From: a virus | Virus record (IMG/VR): IMGVR_UViG_3300021400_000026 | Direction: 5' to 3' (one strand) | Length of the DNA: 64,000 bases | Shown: in pieces, positions 42,889 through 51,853 of the stretch | Layout: every line of letters starts with the position of its first letter | Numbering within the stretch: the first letter of the stretch is position 1 | Program-made: the position numbers and the translations under genes | The notes under the pieces: generated by a model | The model's input: the letters and a program-made list of their open reading frames with translations, nothing else | The model's database searches: none | Told to the model about the DNA's origin: nothing

Positions 42889-43388
42889 AGTCCGAAATAT
42901 TTGCGAATGTTAAACTTCCCGTCCTGGTCTTCCAGTCGGTTCACGGCCAGTTTATACACCAGCCTGAGCAGCCGCTCGTCGCGGTCGTTGGCGTGGATGG
43001 CCTCTTTGAGAGATTCGCCCTCGTCGCTCTGAATCATCAGCATCGTCGTAAGCAGGGCGTAGTGGTTGAAGTGTGGCGGCACGTCGGCGGGCAGTCCCAT
43101 CGACTGAAGCGAGGCCGTGAGGCCCTGCATCGTCCATGTTGGCTGTGGCACCATCTGGGCCACTATGTTCTTGGCCTCCTGTTCGGTCAGCCGGTTGGCG
43201 TAGTCGGTGGCGGAGTCTTCGTCGAGCAAGGCGAGTGCCTGTGCGGCCACTTGCGGCTCATACTTGAACATCCACCCCATCACGCGCTTCACCATTGCGC
43301 CCAGACGCTCCATCTGGCGGGTGTCGCCGCTCTGGATGATGCTGTCGTATCGGACGAGAAATTGTTGTTCCATCTGTTGCTTGTCCAT
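42885..43388 (-). CDS. hypothetical helical protein
   Basis: ORF-track ORF overlapping the start of the downstream gene. Confidence 0.55.
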   Translation of the reverse strand: MDKQQMEQQFLVRYDSIIQSGDTRQMERLGAMVKRVMGWMFKYEPQVAAQALALLDEDSATDYANRLTEQEAKNIVAQMVPQPTWTMQGLTASLQSMGLPADVPPHFNHYALLTTMLMIQSDEGESLKEAIHANDRDERLLRLVYKLAVNRLEDQDGKFNIRKYFGL

Positions 43389-43393
43389 AGTCT

Positions 43394-43726
43394 TTATTGT
43401 CTGATTTCTTGTGCGATGATTTGTATCTGATTGTCTTGGCGGTCTTCCTGGAATTGGAGTATCTGGTATGTCTTCCCGCCCGAACGCAGACGACAGTCAC
43501 GGTTCACGATGTCGTTCCACCTCATGCGGATCATCACCACGTCGTAGGCTTCCAGTGCGCCTTCCTGCATGGGTCGTGCACCCTTCGTCCACGTCACGGC
43601 AGCCCACACACAGGCGGCCGTCTCGAACACTGGCTCACCCGAGCCGCGTCCGCGTTCGCCGGAGGTTGCCCGCTGACGGGTCAATATCTCCACTCTGTCC
43701 TTGAGCATTCCACTTGAATATGCCAT
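43394..43726 (-). CDS. head-tail adaptor / head closure protein (Phage_H_T_join-like)
   Basis: 110 aa. L.DRVEIL.........G......ACVWAAV....G.......A.....V.IRMRW......D.RL...GKTYQI matches the SPP1 gp16 / HK97-type pattern. Confidence 0.7.
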   Translation of the reverse strand: MAYSSGMLKDRVEILTRQRATSGERGRGSGEPVFETAACVWAAVTWTKGARPMQEGALEAYDVVMIRMRWNDIVNRDCRLRSGGKTYQILQFQEDRQDNQIQIIAQEIRQ

Positions 43727-43766
43727 ACGCTATTCGGTTGAATTAGTACCTTGGGTTTACTGCATG

Positions 43767-43825
43767 AAACTTACCTACCTTTCTTTGTTGCTCTTAGTAG
43801 GGTATCTTTCGGAAGAATCCCTATA
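43767..43825 (-). repeat. inverted copy of the 4266..4325 element
   Basis: See feature 4266..4325. Confidence 0.6.
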
Positions 43826-43890
43826 TTCTTGTCGGAGAATAACTATGTTCTTGTCAGAGAATAACTATGTTCTTGCCAGAGAATAACTAT
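43825..43890 (-). repeat. three tandem 22-bp repeats abutting the portal stop codon
   Basis: Plus-strand units are ATTCTTGTCGGAGAATAACTAT, GTTCTTGTCAGAGAATAACTAT and GTTCTTGCCAGAGAATAACTAT, at 43825, 43847 and 43869. Confidence 0.8.
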
Positions 43891-45302
43891 CAACTTTCCT
43901 CGCCCTCCTTTGGTGGTTCCTGCACGGTGTAACTGCCCGGCTTCAATTCCGTTGCGCCCTCGCTCTTGGCGATGAGAGCCTTCAGCGTCATCAGGTTGGC
44001 ACTGGCCAGCGGCTCGTCGCCGTTCTCCACTGCCGGGCGGTCGTACTGCTGTCTGATCTCGTTGATGGTCGAAGCACCCGTCTGGAGCATAATCTGGTCA
44101 ACCTTCGCCTGAGCCTCCTTGTCAAGCCGCATGAGTGGCTGTTCGCACATGTGGAACCGTCGCATTCCGAAGTCGTACTGGTTCAGCAGCTTGGAGTTGA
44201 ACTCCTGCTCAATCTCCGTGATGTCGGGCTGAATGGTCCATTGCAGCAACTCCATTCGTGCGTTCTGATAGGTCGTGTAATGCGAGTTGGTATCTTCCAT
44301 CAGCAGCGGACGTTGAACACCGTAATACCTACAAACGTCGTTGATACCCATTCCTAACACCTCAATCATCTGCTGGTCTTGTGCCGACATGCTGATGTTG
44401 TGGAGGGCAGACAGTCCACGGATGCCCACCACGTCCTGCTGGTACATCTTCGTGTTCAGTTCCTTGGCGTAGGAGTCAATCTGTTCCTTGTTCAACAGTC
44501 CGAATGACAGCGTACCGGCACCCTGCGCCGGCTTCTCCTCACCGATGATGAGTTTCACGCGTCCGCCCTTCGCAGCCGTTTCCAGTGCCTGGTTCGTTTC
44601 CGTCTTGATGAGCGAGAGCGTGTCAAAGGCATAGTGAAGCGTGGAGATACCCCAGCCGTTGGTCATCTTGTAGGTGTTGGGGATGTGGATCACGTCCGAT
44701 GCTTCCACTGCATCAATATTCATGATGCCCCGGCGGGTGTAGTATTGCACACGATATGTGCCGTTGGCTTCATTGTAGCCGGCACCGAAGCAGAGCCACA
44801 ATGCCACGGGCCATCCCCGGTCGTCGCGCTCGATGTAGGCGATGCCGTTGCCGTTCTGGAGTTTCGAGATGACCAGCCCCTGCATGAAGGCCGAAGCCGT
44901 CATCATCGGGTTCGGACGGACTTGCAGCAGGTAGTTCAACTGCTGCCCATAGGTGACATACTGACTGCACACGGCTCCCACTTCAGGAACGAAATTACCG
45001 CCCTTTTTGTCGAGTTTCTGATACTGGAGCATAAACTGCCCCTCCGTCTTGGCTATCAACCCGACGGCACGATAGACGGCGGGAACGGTCAGTGCTGCCT
45101 GTGGCGTCAGCACATGGCGGATGTGCGACTGGAACGAGCCGCTTTCGCCCGTAGCCTTGCTGCTGGTGGTTTCCGGCTCAGCCACATTCGTCTGGTCAGT
45201 GGTCTCGCGTACAGCCATTAACGGCATGTCGTCCACCGCCTCGCGCTGAAAACTATTGAATCTTGAAAAATTGCTCATATACGTCTTTTTCAAATCGGTC
45301 AT
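43890..45302 (-). CDS. portal protein, HK97 family
   Basis: 470 aa. ..VRPNPMMTASAFMQGLVISKLQNGNGIAYIERD fits the Phage_portal pattern. Confidence 0.85.
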   Translation of the reverse strand: MTDLKKTYMSNFSRFNSFQREAVDDMPLMAVRETTDQTNVAEPETTSSKATGESGSFQSHIRHVLTPQAALTVPAVYRAVGLIAKTEGQFMLQYQKLDKKGGNFVPEVGAVCSQYVTYGQQLNYLLQVRPNPMMTASAFMQGLVISKLQNGNGIAYIERDDRGWPVALWLCFGAGYNEANGTYRVQYYTRRGIMNIDAVEASDVIHIPNTYKMTNGWGISTLHYAFDTLSLIKTETNQALETAAKGGRVKLIIGEEKPAQGAGTLSFGLLNKEQIDSYAKELNTKMYQQDVVGIRGLSALHNISMSAQDQQMIEVLGMGINDVCRYYGVQRPLLMEDTNSHYTTYQNARMELLQWTIQPDITEIEQEFNSKLLNQYDFGMRRFHMCEQPLMRLDKEAQAKVDQIMLQTGASTINEIRQQYDRPAVENGDEPLASANLMTLKALIAKSEGATELKPGSYTVQEPPKEGEES

Positions 45303-45354
45303 TTTGCCGTTATGGGTTTACCCGTCGGCACGGAGCCGACGGGCACACGATGGA

Positions 45355-45699
45355 CTACACGTCGATGCTCTCGGCAAACTCATTGTAAGCCTTGAACTCG
45401 GCATATTCAGCTGAGTCATACTGCAACGTGGCCTTCAGCACCTTGGCCAGCGTCTTGCGCAGGATTTTGGTTTCGTCGCCGTCGGGGTGAATCTCGCTGA
45501 TGACGGAATCCTTTACCTTGTGCGGGTCGCGGGCGTCGGGCACCTGATAGATGTCGTACTGATACTCAGTGCGCTCTTCCTGTGTCTCAGGGTCGGTCAC
45601 CTTGACCTCGCGCTCGTTGGTGAACACCTCACCGCTGTTGTCACCGGTGAGCTTGTGCAGGCCGAGTGCCTGCTTCTCAGGGAAATTAGCTGTGTACAT
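45355..45699 (-). CDS. hypothetical acidic protein
   Basis: ORF-track ORF between the RT and the portal gene. Confidence 0.55.
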   Translation of the reverse strand: MYTANFPEKQALGLHKLTGDNSGEVFTNEREVKVTDPETQEERTEYQYDIYQVPDARDPHKVKDSVISEIHPDGDETKILRKTLAKVLKATLQYDSAEYAEFKAYNEFAESIDV

Positions 45700-45707
45700 A
45701 ATCGTTG

Positions 45708-47045
45708 TTATTTAGGGATATTGAATTGTTTGCGAATCATTTCCTCTTCCTCGGCGTCGGTATATACCGTGCCGTCGTAATAAAAACCGCTCCAGTCGTG
45801 TACTATCTTCATGTCGCGCATGGGAATGTCATTCCGTGTCTTCGTGTCGAGATACTTGCATATCTTCTGTGCGCCCGTCGAATAGACTATCAGTCCCAGC
45901 CCGTCAGCAAGTGCCTGAATGTGGTAGTAACTGTCGCAGTCCTTCTGGTTGCTGCTGCGCTTCTGGAAGTCAACGATGGTGTGGGGGATGCCCTCCATCG
46001 TCTCAATCTTCATGGGTCGCCCGGCAAAGGGGCGACGGATTTTCTCGCTCATAGTTCTGTTGTCTTGATATTGTACTCGTTTCTTCAGTTCCTTCGTGTC
46101 GGCTACTTCGATGATGCCCTTGTACGAGCCCATGCTGCGCTCACGATGACGAGCCTTCACGTATCGTTTCTTAGTGTCTTGTGTCAGGTGGACAAAACCG
46201 CGCCCGTACTGGTAGCCGCAGAAGATGATGGGCTGATACTCTTTGCCAGGCTTAGCCTCGATGGGGCGCACATACATCGGCTTGTAGTGCAGTCGCATCT
46301 GTCTTGCCCATATTCGCATGTCGCGGCGCAGATTCTCCAGTGTCTTCTTGTCGCGGCTGAAGGCGATGAAATCGTCGGCAAAATTGACTACCTTGATACG
46401 ATCGCCATATTTCTCTTTAGCCTTGCGGATGATGACGCTCATGTTCAGGTTGGCGATGAGGTGCGAGAAGGGGTCACCGATGGCGAGCCGCTTCTGGTTG
46501 AACAGATGCTGACGGATCACCGCCCTTGTGCGCTTATCCTTCACCTGTCGCTCTATCAACTTCATGCTGATTACGTTATCAACGTTGTCATAGAACTTGG
46601 AGATGTCGCCTTGCAGATAGTGCGTCAGGCTTCGGTCATTCAGCAGCACTCGCATTCGTGCCACTACCTGGTGTCGCTTGTCTCTGGCGAGTACGCCGCA
46701 GCCGGGCAGACCGCCCAGCATGTCATCGGTCATCTGTCGCAGGATGAGCGGCTCGATGGCATCCTTCACAGCATTCTGCACACAGCGGTCTTCATAGGGC
46801 AGTACGCTGATGTCGCGTTCCTTCTTCTTGTCGCGCAGGCGGAAGTGGCGGTAGGGGCCAACGGCATAGGAGCCGTCACGCAGTTCAGCCTGCTTGCGCT
46901 GGCAGAAACCGTCCACGTCACGCATCACGCGGCGCACCTCGCGTTTCTTGCGCTGCTGTGCGGTCTTGGCCATGTATGCGTCGTTGGTTGCGGCATAGAG
47001 GCCGTTGACAGTGTTGTGCCATGTACTGATGCTCATACTCTTCAT
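45708..47045 (-). CDS. reverse transcriptase of a diversity-generating retroelement
   Basis: RT motifs: RDISVLPYEDRCVQNAV (1-2), YLQGDISKFYDNVD (3/A), LAIGDPFSHLIANL (4/B, a variant of the DGR-type IGxxxSQ) and VVNFADDFIAF (5/C, the YxDD box). The gene lies about 200 nt downstream of the TR. Confidence 0.9.
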   Translation of the reverse strand: MKSMSISTWHNTVNGLYAATNDAYMAKTAQQRKKREVRRVMRDVDGFCQRKQAELRDGSYAVGPYRHFRLRDKKKERDISVLPYEDRCVQNAVKDAIEPLILRQMTDDMLGGLPGCGVLARDKRHQVVARMRVLLNDRSLTHYLQGDISKFYDNVDNVISMKLIERQVKDKRTRAVIRQHLFNQKRLAIGDPFSHLIANLNMSVIIRKAKEKYGDRIKVVNFADDFIAFSRDKKTLENLRRDMRIWARQMRLHYKPMYVRPIEAKPGKEYQPIIFCGYQYGRGFVHLTQDTKKRYVKARHRERSMGSYKGIIEVADTKELKKRVQYQDNRTMSEKIRRPFAGRPMKIETMEGIPHTIVDFQKRSSNQKDCDSYYHIQALADGLGLIVYSTGAQKICKYLDTKTRNDIPMRDMKIVHDWSGFYYDGTVYTDAEEEEMIRKQFNIPK

Positions 47046-47246
47046 TTGTTTGTTCTTGACCTGCTGCGCCGATTGTCACTTTTGACTATGTGACAGCCTA
47101 CCCTTTCCTTTGCTATTGCTTGCACGGTCGGCTGGTGGTCTTGGCACCTTTTCTTTGCGTTGTTTCGCTCTCCATCGTCAGCGAGGCTCTGCACCTGCCT
47201 CTTTGGTTGCAGGTCACAACCGCGAGGGCTTATTGGTTTTGTTTGC

Positions 47247-47363
47247 GTATCAGTTGCCGAAGCCGATGTTCGTGTTCGCGTTCGAGGGCGAGTTGTTAGC
47301 GTTCATCGTCAACGGAGACAGGTTCGTGTTGTTAGCGTTGTTGCCGCGGCGAAAACCACGAAC
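47247..47363 (-). repeat. DGR template repeat (TR)
   Basis: 117 nt with 100/117 identity to 47755-47871. On the coding strand it reads as an AAC-rich, untranslatable segment (..GNNANNTNLSPLTMNANNSPSNANTNIGFGN*). Confidence 0.9.
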
Positions 47364-47534
47364 CGACGGATCAGTGCAGCCGCCTTATCATTCTGTGAAA
47401 GAACTCAACCTCACCACCTGACGGGTACTCCGATTCCCTTGTGCGCTTTGGTCGGTGGCCTGGATTTCTGCATCAACGATGTCGCACCACATCTCCACAC
47501 TATGCTGTCGATTCCTCGTATTGGGTTTACCAGA

Positions 47535-47576
47535 CAAAAAAACCGAGGCCACCCCACCATCGGGATGACCTCGGTT
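47535..47576 (-). terminator. intrinsic terminator between VR and TR
   Basis: Minus strand reads AACCGAGG-N20-CCTCGGTT followed by TTTTT. Confidence 0.65.
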
Positions 47577-47742
47577 TCTGAATTTTCCACCCGCGACCTC
47601 CTTGAGGCGGTATCTTCACCCCTCCTTTCAGTCTGGGCCGCGCTGTCGCGCGGGTTTTCGTTTTCGGCCCTCACTACGTTCGGGCGGTTTACGTTTTCTT
47701 TTTCGGACGGGTCACTCACTTCGCTCGTGACGGACGTTTACG

Positions 47743-50118
47743 TTAGCGAAGGCTGCAGCAGGTGCCGAAGCCGATGTACGTGCCCGCGTTCGAGGGCGAG
47801 GTGCTAGCGCCCATCGTCAACGGAGACAGGGACGTGAGGTTAGCGCAGGTGCCGCGGCGAAAACCACGAACACCCTTCTTACCTGCTGGTGCTGCGCCGC
47901 CCGTGAACCAATTGTACTTACCCACGTAGGTATGCAGACCTGCGCCGGTCTTCAGGTCGTTGGTACGAGGCAGCATGAATGCACCGTCGAGATAGTCGCG
48001 GGCGCAGCCTTCGCCTGCTGCCACCTCCAGCACCATTGGGTAGCGATCTTCGAAATCAAAGGTGCTCTCTACATTGATGTCTCCTCTGACTGTCTTGAGC
48101 AGTTCGGCCTGGTTGCGCTCTAAGAAGCAGCGGTAGTTGCGGTTCTCATCCTCGGTCATCACCAGTCCGCTGACCCACCACGATGGCGACACTTGGGTGG
48201 TAACGCCGTGGAGCAGAGCCGTGGAGAAGATGAAGTCGATACGCTTGCCAGTGAGATGCGTAGAACCGTCGGCGGGATCGATGGCGGCATTGGTGAACTG
48301 AGAAGAGAGTACCTTCCACACCACGCAGGTCATCTCGCCCTGGCCGGGGCCACGGAAGCCGGGCACGGAGCGATACTTGTACTTGTTGCCCTCGAAGACA
48401 AACCACTCCAGCTCTCCCACTCCCTTGCGCACGGCATACGACACAGCCCTGTGAGCCTCCATCACGTGCCACGGATTGCGCCAAGAGTTGACCATCGCGC
48501 CCGTATATTGATCGGTGATGCCGAAGGCATTGTTGACGTTGAGATTCAGATACACGAGGTTATCCTGTCCGTTGACGTAGCGCAGGCCGTTGCGGGCTTC
48601 CGAGCCGGCTGCCTCAAACACGGCGGCGTTGGCTCCATCGTTGCTCGAGAATCCGCTGCCCATGAGCGCGGCATTGTGGGCATTGAAGGTGCCACCCTCC
48701 GCGAGCAGCAGAGCCTGGAGGTTGTTGCATGCCTCCGCCGTCTGGTTCATGAATGGCACGGTCTTGGTGGTATCGGGGTTCATGTTCATCGCCCGCTGCT
48801 CGCCGTCTGGCAGGCTGAGGTCAGTGGTATGCAGACCACCTGCGCCGCCCAGTAGGGTGGCCTCCGAGTCGTATTCCTCGGTGATGGCTCCAGTTTCCTC
48901 GTTCTGATGGTAGATATACTTTCCGACCATCGCCACGGGGGCTGTATATGAGCCGTTCCAGGTCGGATTGTAAACTGAGTGCATGCGAGTCACGTTGTCG
49001 GTGTCCTGATGTGCCACGCAGTAGTCGGGTGACATGCCGCCACGGTCTATCTCCTCGGCATCGTAGCCGTGCCATGTGAACGGCTCGCGTGACATGAGGA
49101 ACACGTCGTACTCCTGCCCCTCCACGGTGAAGTGGCCTGCCAGACGGTAGTACTTCTCGATGTTGCAAACCATCACGTCGCCCTCCGAGCCGTCGATGGC
49201 GTGCTGATTGTTTGCGATGTCGAGGGCATGGCCTGTGCCGTCCTCGTAGCCCAGCTTCTGTAGGACGAAAAGAACCTTGCCAATCTGGTCGTCGTTGCCA
49301 GAAAGCTTTGTGCCTACCAGACAGGGGTAGAAGATCGAGAATGCCGATTCGCGGCTGAAGCCTCCCTCCTCGTTGAACTTGTAGTGACGGTAGCTCAGCG
49401 CGGGCGATGACGAGCCGGCCACGCGCACGTATCCCTCAGCCAGCGTCTCGATGTCGGCCACCACGGACTGAAGAGCGGAGATGGCATCGGCATTGGCTTT
49501 CTCAGCAGTTTCTGCGCGGGTCTTCTCGGCAGCCACGGCATTGCTGATAGCCGTGTTCATCTGCGTGGTGGTGCTATAAGACGTAAGGGCTTGGGCAATG
49601 GCGACATTCATCTGTGCTGTCGTCGAGTACGAAGTCAGTGCGGTGGCGATGGCGGATGATACCTGTGCGGCGGTCTGTTTCTGTGCCAGCAGGTTGTCCA
49701 CTTGCGTCTTGTTATAGTATGACTCCAATGCCGTGCTGATAGCCGTCGAAATCTGCGTGGATAGGTTCGCGGCCGTGGGCAGCGCGTCGAGCTTAGTCTT
49801 CAGCGCAGAAGTGAAGTCTTCGGTGGAGAGCTGCTTGCCGCTCACCTTGTCCACCTTGTTCGCCAGAAGATTGTCAGTGGCGGTCTTGGTGTAGTAGGCT
49901 GTCAGTGCGCTGGTGATGGCCGTACTGATGGCGGCGTTCATCTGCTCGGTAGTAGAATAGGGTTCAAGCGCGGTGTTGATGAGCGTCTGCACCTGCTCGG
50001 AGTTTACGAATGCCTCGATAGCCTCCTGGATGGCGGCGATGGCTTCGGCATGCTGCGGCACGAGGTTCAGTCGCTGCTGCACCTGTTCGCCGGTAAGGGT
50101 CAAATCGAAATCTGCCAT
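47743..50118 (-). CDS. DGR target protein: fibre-like protein with C-terminal variable region
   Basis: 791 aa. The N-terminus carries coiled-coil heptad-like repeats (TALTSYSTTAQMN..). The last roughly 40 codons are the VR, and the C-terminal pattern ..GFRRG......IGFG.. is typical of DGR C-type-lectin-fold targets. Confidence 0.85.
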   Translation of the reverse strand: MADFDLTLTGEQVQQRLNLVPQHAEAIAAIQEAIEAFVNSEQVQTLINTALEPYSTTEQMNAAISTAITSALTAYYTKTATDNLLANKVDKVSGKQLSTEDFTSALKTKLDALPTAANLSTQISTAISTALESYYNKTQVDNLLAQKQTAAQVSSAIATALTSYSTTAQMNVAIAQALTSYSTTTQMNTAISNAVAAEKTRAETAEKANADAISALQSVVADIETLAEGYVRVAGSSSPALSYRHYKFNEEGGFSRESAFSIFYPCLVGTKLSGNDDQIGKVLFVLQKLGYEDGTGHALDIANNQHAIDGSEGDVMVCNIEKYYRLAGHFTVEGQEYDVFLMSREPFTWHGYDAEEIDRGGMSPDYCVAHQDTDNVTRMHSVYNPTWNGSYTAPVAMVGKYIYHQNEETGAITEEYDSEATLLGGAGGLHTTDLSLPDGEQRAMNMNPDTTKTVPFMNQTAEACNNLQALLLAEGGTFNAHNAALMGSGFSSNDGANAAVFEAAGSEARNGLRYVNGQDNLVYLNLNVNNAFGITDQYTGAMVNSWRNPWHVMEAHRAVSYAVRKGVGELEWFVFEGNKYKYRSVPGFRGPGQGEMTCVVWKVLSSQFTNAAIDPADGSTHLTGKRIDFIFSTALLHGVTTQVSPSWWVSGLVMTEDENRNYRCFLERNQAELLKTVRGDINVESTFDFEDRYPMVLEVAAGEGCARDYLDGAFMLPRTNDLKTGAGLHTYVGKYNWFTGGAAPAGKKGVRGFRRGTCANLTSLSPLTMGASTSPSNAGTYIGFGTCCSLR
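47755..47871 (-). repeat. DGR variable repeat (VR)
   Basis: Ungapped alignment to the TR at an offset of 508 nt. All 17 mismatches lie opposite TR adenines on the coding strand. Confidence 0.9.
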
Positions 50119-50140
50119 AATTCTTATGATTTTTTAGTTA

Positions 50141-50632
50141 CTAATTATTTTTCAAAACACGGAGCCGGAGACCGTTTACGTCGCGGAAGTAGTTCTGGAA
50201 GATGTCGCGCAGATAGCGGAACAGACTTCGCTTATCGCTGCGGAGCGTGCGCTCATAGGACACGTAGATACCCTGATAGATACCACCCTCGTCGCGCATC
50301 ATCTGTGGCATCCTCGAACTGGTGTTCACGAAGCACAGCGGCTGCTGCTCCTTCTCTGTGCGGTAGCCGTCGGCATAGTCACCGTCGGGCACGTCGTAGG
50401 CACACTCCACCGTCACCACGCCAACCATGTCATTCGTCGGGAACGTAAAGAACCACTGGTCGGCCTCGTCTTTCATCATTTCCGACTTCTGTATCACGAG
50501 CGTCCGTCCCTGCATGCCCCATTTGAGGGTCACCGAAAACGGGTTCTCTGACATGGAGAATCCTTCTCGCTCGATGGCGATGCGGTACTTTGCCTTCTCG
50601 CCTTGCTGAATGATGTTCTTGCTGTTGATCAT
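50141..50632 (-). CDS. hypothetical virion-module protein
   Basis: ORF-track ORF of 163 aa. Confidence 0.55.
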   Translation of the reverse strand: MINSKNIIQQGEKAKYRIAIEREGFSMSENPFSVTLKWGMQGRTLVIQKSEMMKDEADQWFFTFPTNDMVGVVTVECAYDVPDGDYADGYRTEKEQQPLCFVNTSSRMPQMMRDEGGIYQGIYVSYERTLRSDKRSLFRYLRDIFQNYFRDVNGLRLRVLKNN

Positions 50633-50674
50633 ATCTAAGATACTTTATATTTCACTTGTTTTGCCGTATCGGGT

Positions 50675-50965
50675 TTACTGCGGTATCCGTTCTTCAGCTG
50701 GATAGACCCTGAGAGCCTTGTCGCTGCTGTCGCGGAGCGTCAGCAGGTTCACGTCGCGGAGCGTCAGCATGCCCGTCTGCTGCACGATGGTGACTTGTGC
50801 CGAAGCCCGTCCGTCTGCCGTCCGTAAGGTAATGACTTGCTGGCGGTCACTGCCCAGATTGTCGGTGGTAGAACGAACGGTAACGACTCCATCACCTTGT
50901 CCGTCGTATGTCAGGATGATGTCGCCGTTGCCGTCGGTCCAGGGGATGGTGAGTGTCTTTGCCAT
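50675..50965 (-). CDS. hypothetical beta-rich protein
   Basis: ORF-track ORF whose start shares one nucleotide with the upstream stop. Confidence 0.5.
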   Translation of the reverse strand: MAKTLTIPWTDGNGDIILTYDGQGDGVVTVRSTTDNLGSDRQQVITLRTADGRASAQVTIVQQTGMLTLRDVNLLTLRDSSDKALRVYPAEERIPQ

Positions 50966-51588
50966 TACTCTACGGTCCAGTTGGTGTTACTTGTCACGTT
51001 GAACGATGCCGTCTTGCCCTGTGTGGCTGCATCCCAGTCGAGGTTGACGGTGGCCGGATCTACCTCCAATGTCGCGTCACCAGCTGCCTGCGTGATGGTA
51101 CAGGTGGCGGAGTGTCCTGCCGCATCGGTCACGATGAGCTGTGCCGTGCGCTCAGTTACCACGGGATTCTTCGATATGCTGGCGAACTGAATGCTGAACG
51201 GGAACTCCTGCCCTGCTCCCGGGTCGCCTGCAATGGCCGCGCCGTTGTTCGTCTGTAGGGAGTTGGCCAGATAGGTGGCGGGAATTGTCAGCGGTAACGA
51301 ACCGCCGGAAGCGAGGGCGAAGGTCAGCTTCGATGAGTTACTGACGCCTTCGATAGTGAGTACCGTCACACCGTCCTTTGAGACGGCTGCTGCACTCTGA
51401 ATGGTTACAAACTCAGGCTTGCCAGCCTGAATGACCGTGCGCACCACGTCGGCCACGTTCGCTGCCTTGAAGGCAATCTGTGTCTGTCGTGGACTGCGCC
51501 CGGTGTTATTGCTCACGGCGGTCACATCTACGGTGTCATTGCCTGAGCCTGATGTCTTGCTTGGTAAAAGCCAATTTGCGTATGCCAT
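50965..51588 (-). CDS. Ig-like / BACON-like repeat protein
   Basis: ..SGSGNDTVDVTAVSNNTGRSPRQTQIAFKA and ..LEVDPATVNLDWDAATQGKTASFNVTSNTNWTV resemble BACON-type Ig modules. Confidence 0.45.
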   Translation of the reverse strand: MAYANWLLPSKTSGSGNDTVDVTAVSNNTGRSPRQTQIAFKAANVADVVRTVIQAGKPEFVTIQSAAAVSKDGVTVLTIEGVSNSSKLTFALASGGSLPLTIPATYLANSLQTNNGAAIAGDPGAGQEFPFSIQFASISKNPVVTERTAQLIVTDAAGHSATCTITQAAGDATLEVDPATVNLDWDAATQGKTASFNVTSNTNWTVE

Positions 51589-51607
51589 ATCTTTGTGGTT
51601 TTAATGA

Positions 51608-51853
51608 TTATTCGATTCGCCAGTCAAGCGTTGTTATTATCTCGTACCGCACCACATTGCCAGGCGTGACCCACTGAAGCGTCTGCGCCTTCTCGGGTGT
51701 GACCCTGATTGGCTTGTAGAGATTGCGACGCTCATCAAGTTGCGCGTTGACATAAATGCCGTTCGGTACGCTCCACGTTCGCGGATGTGCCTGGCATGTC
51801 AGCAGCCTAATGCCGCTATGAACTGAACCTGTGATGAGTCTTGCGCTGTTCAT
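51608..51853 (-). CDS. hypothetical small protein
   Basis: ORF-track ORF overlapping the upstream stop. Confidence 0.5.
   Translation of the reverse strand: MNSARLITGSVHSGIRLLTCQAHPRTWSVPNGIYVNAQLDERRNLYKPIRVTPEKAQTLQWVTPGNVVRYEIITTLDWRIE

Noticed and set aside
47411-47719. 102-aa ORF between VR and TR as the DGR accessory protein (Avd)
   Set aside because: The sequence is Pro/Arg/Ser-rich with no predicted four-helix character. It runs straight through an intrinsic terminator hairpin (47535-47576) and has no canonical leader. It is most likely non-coding.
47160-47807. 215-aa plus-strand ORF spanning TR to VR
   Set aside because: It is antisense to the DGR cassette and composed of repeat-derived low-complexity sequence. 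This is an artefact of the GC-rich repeats.
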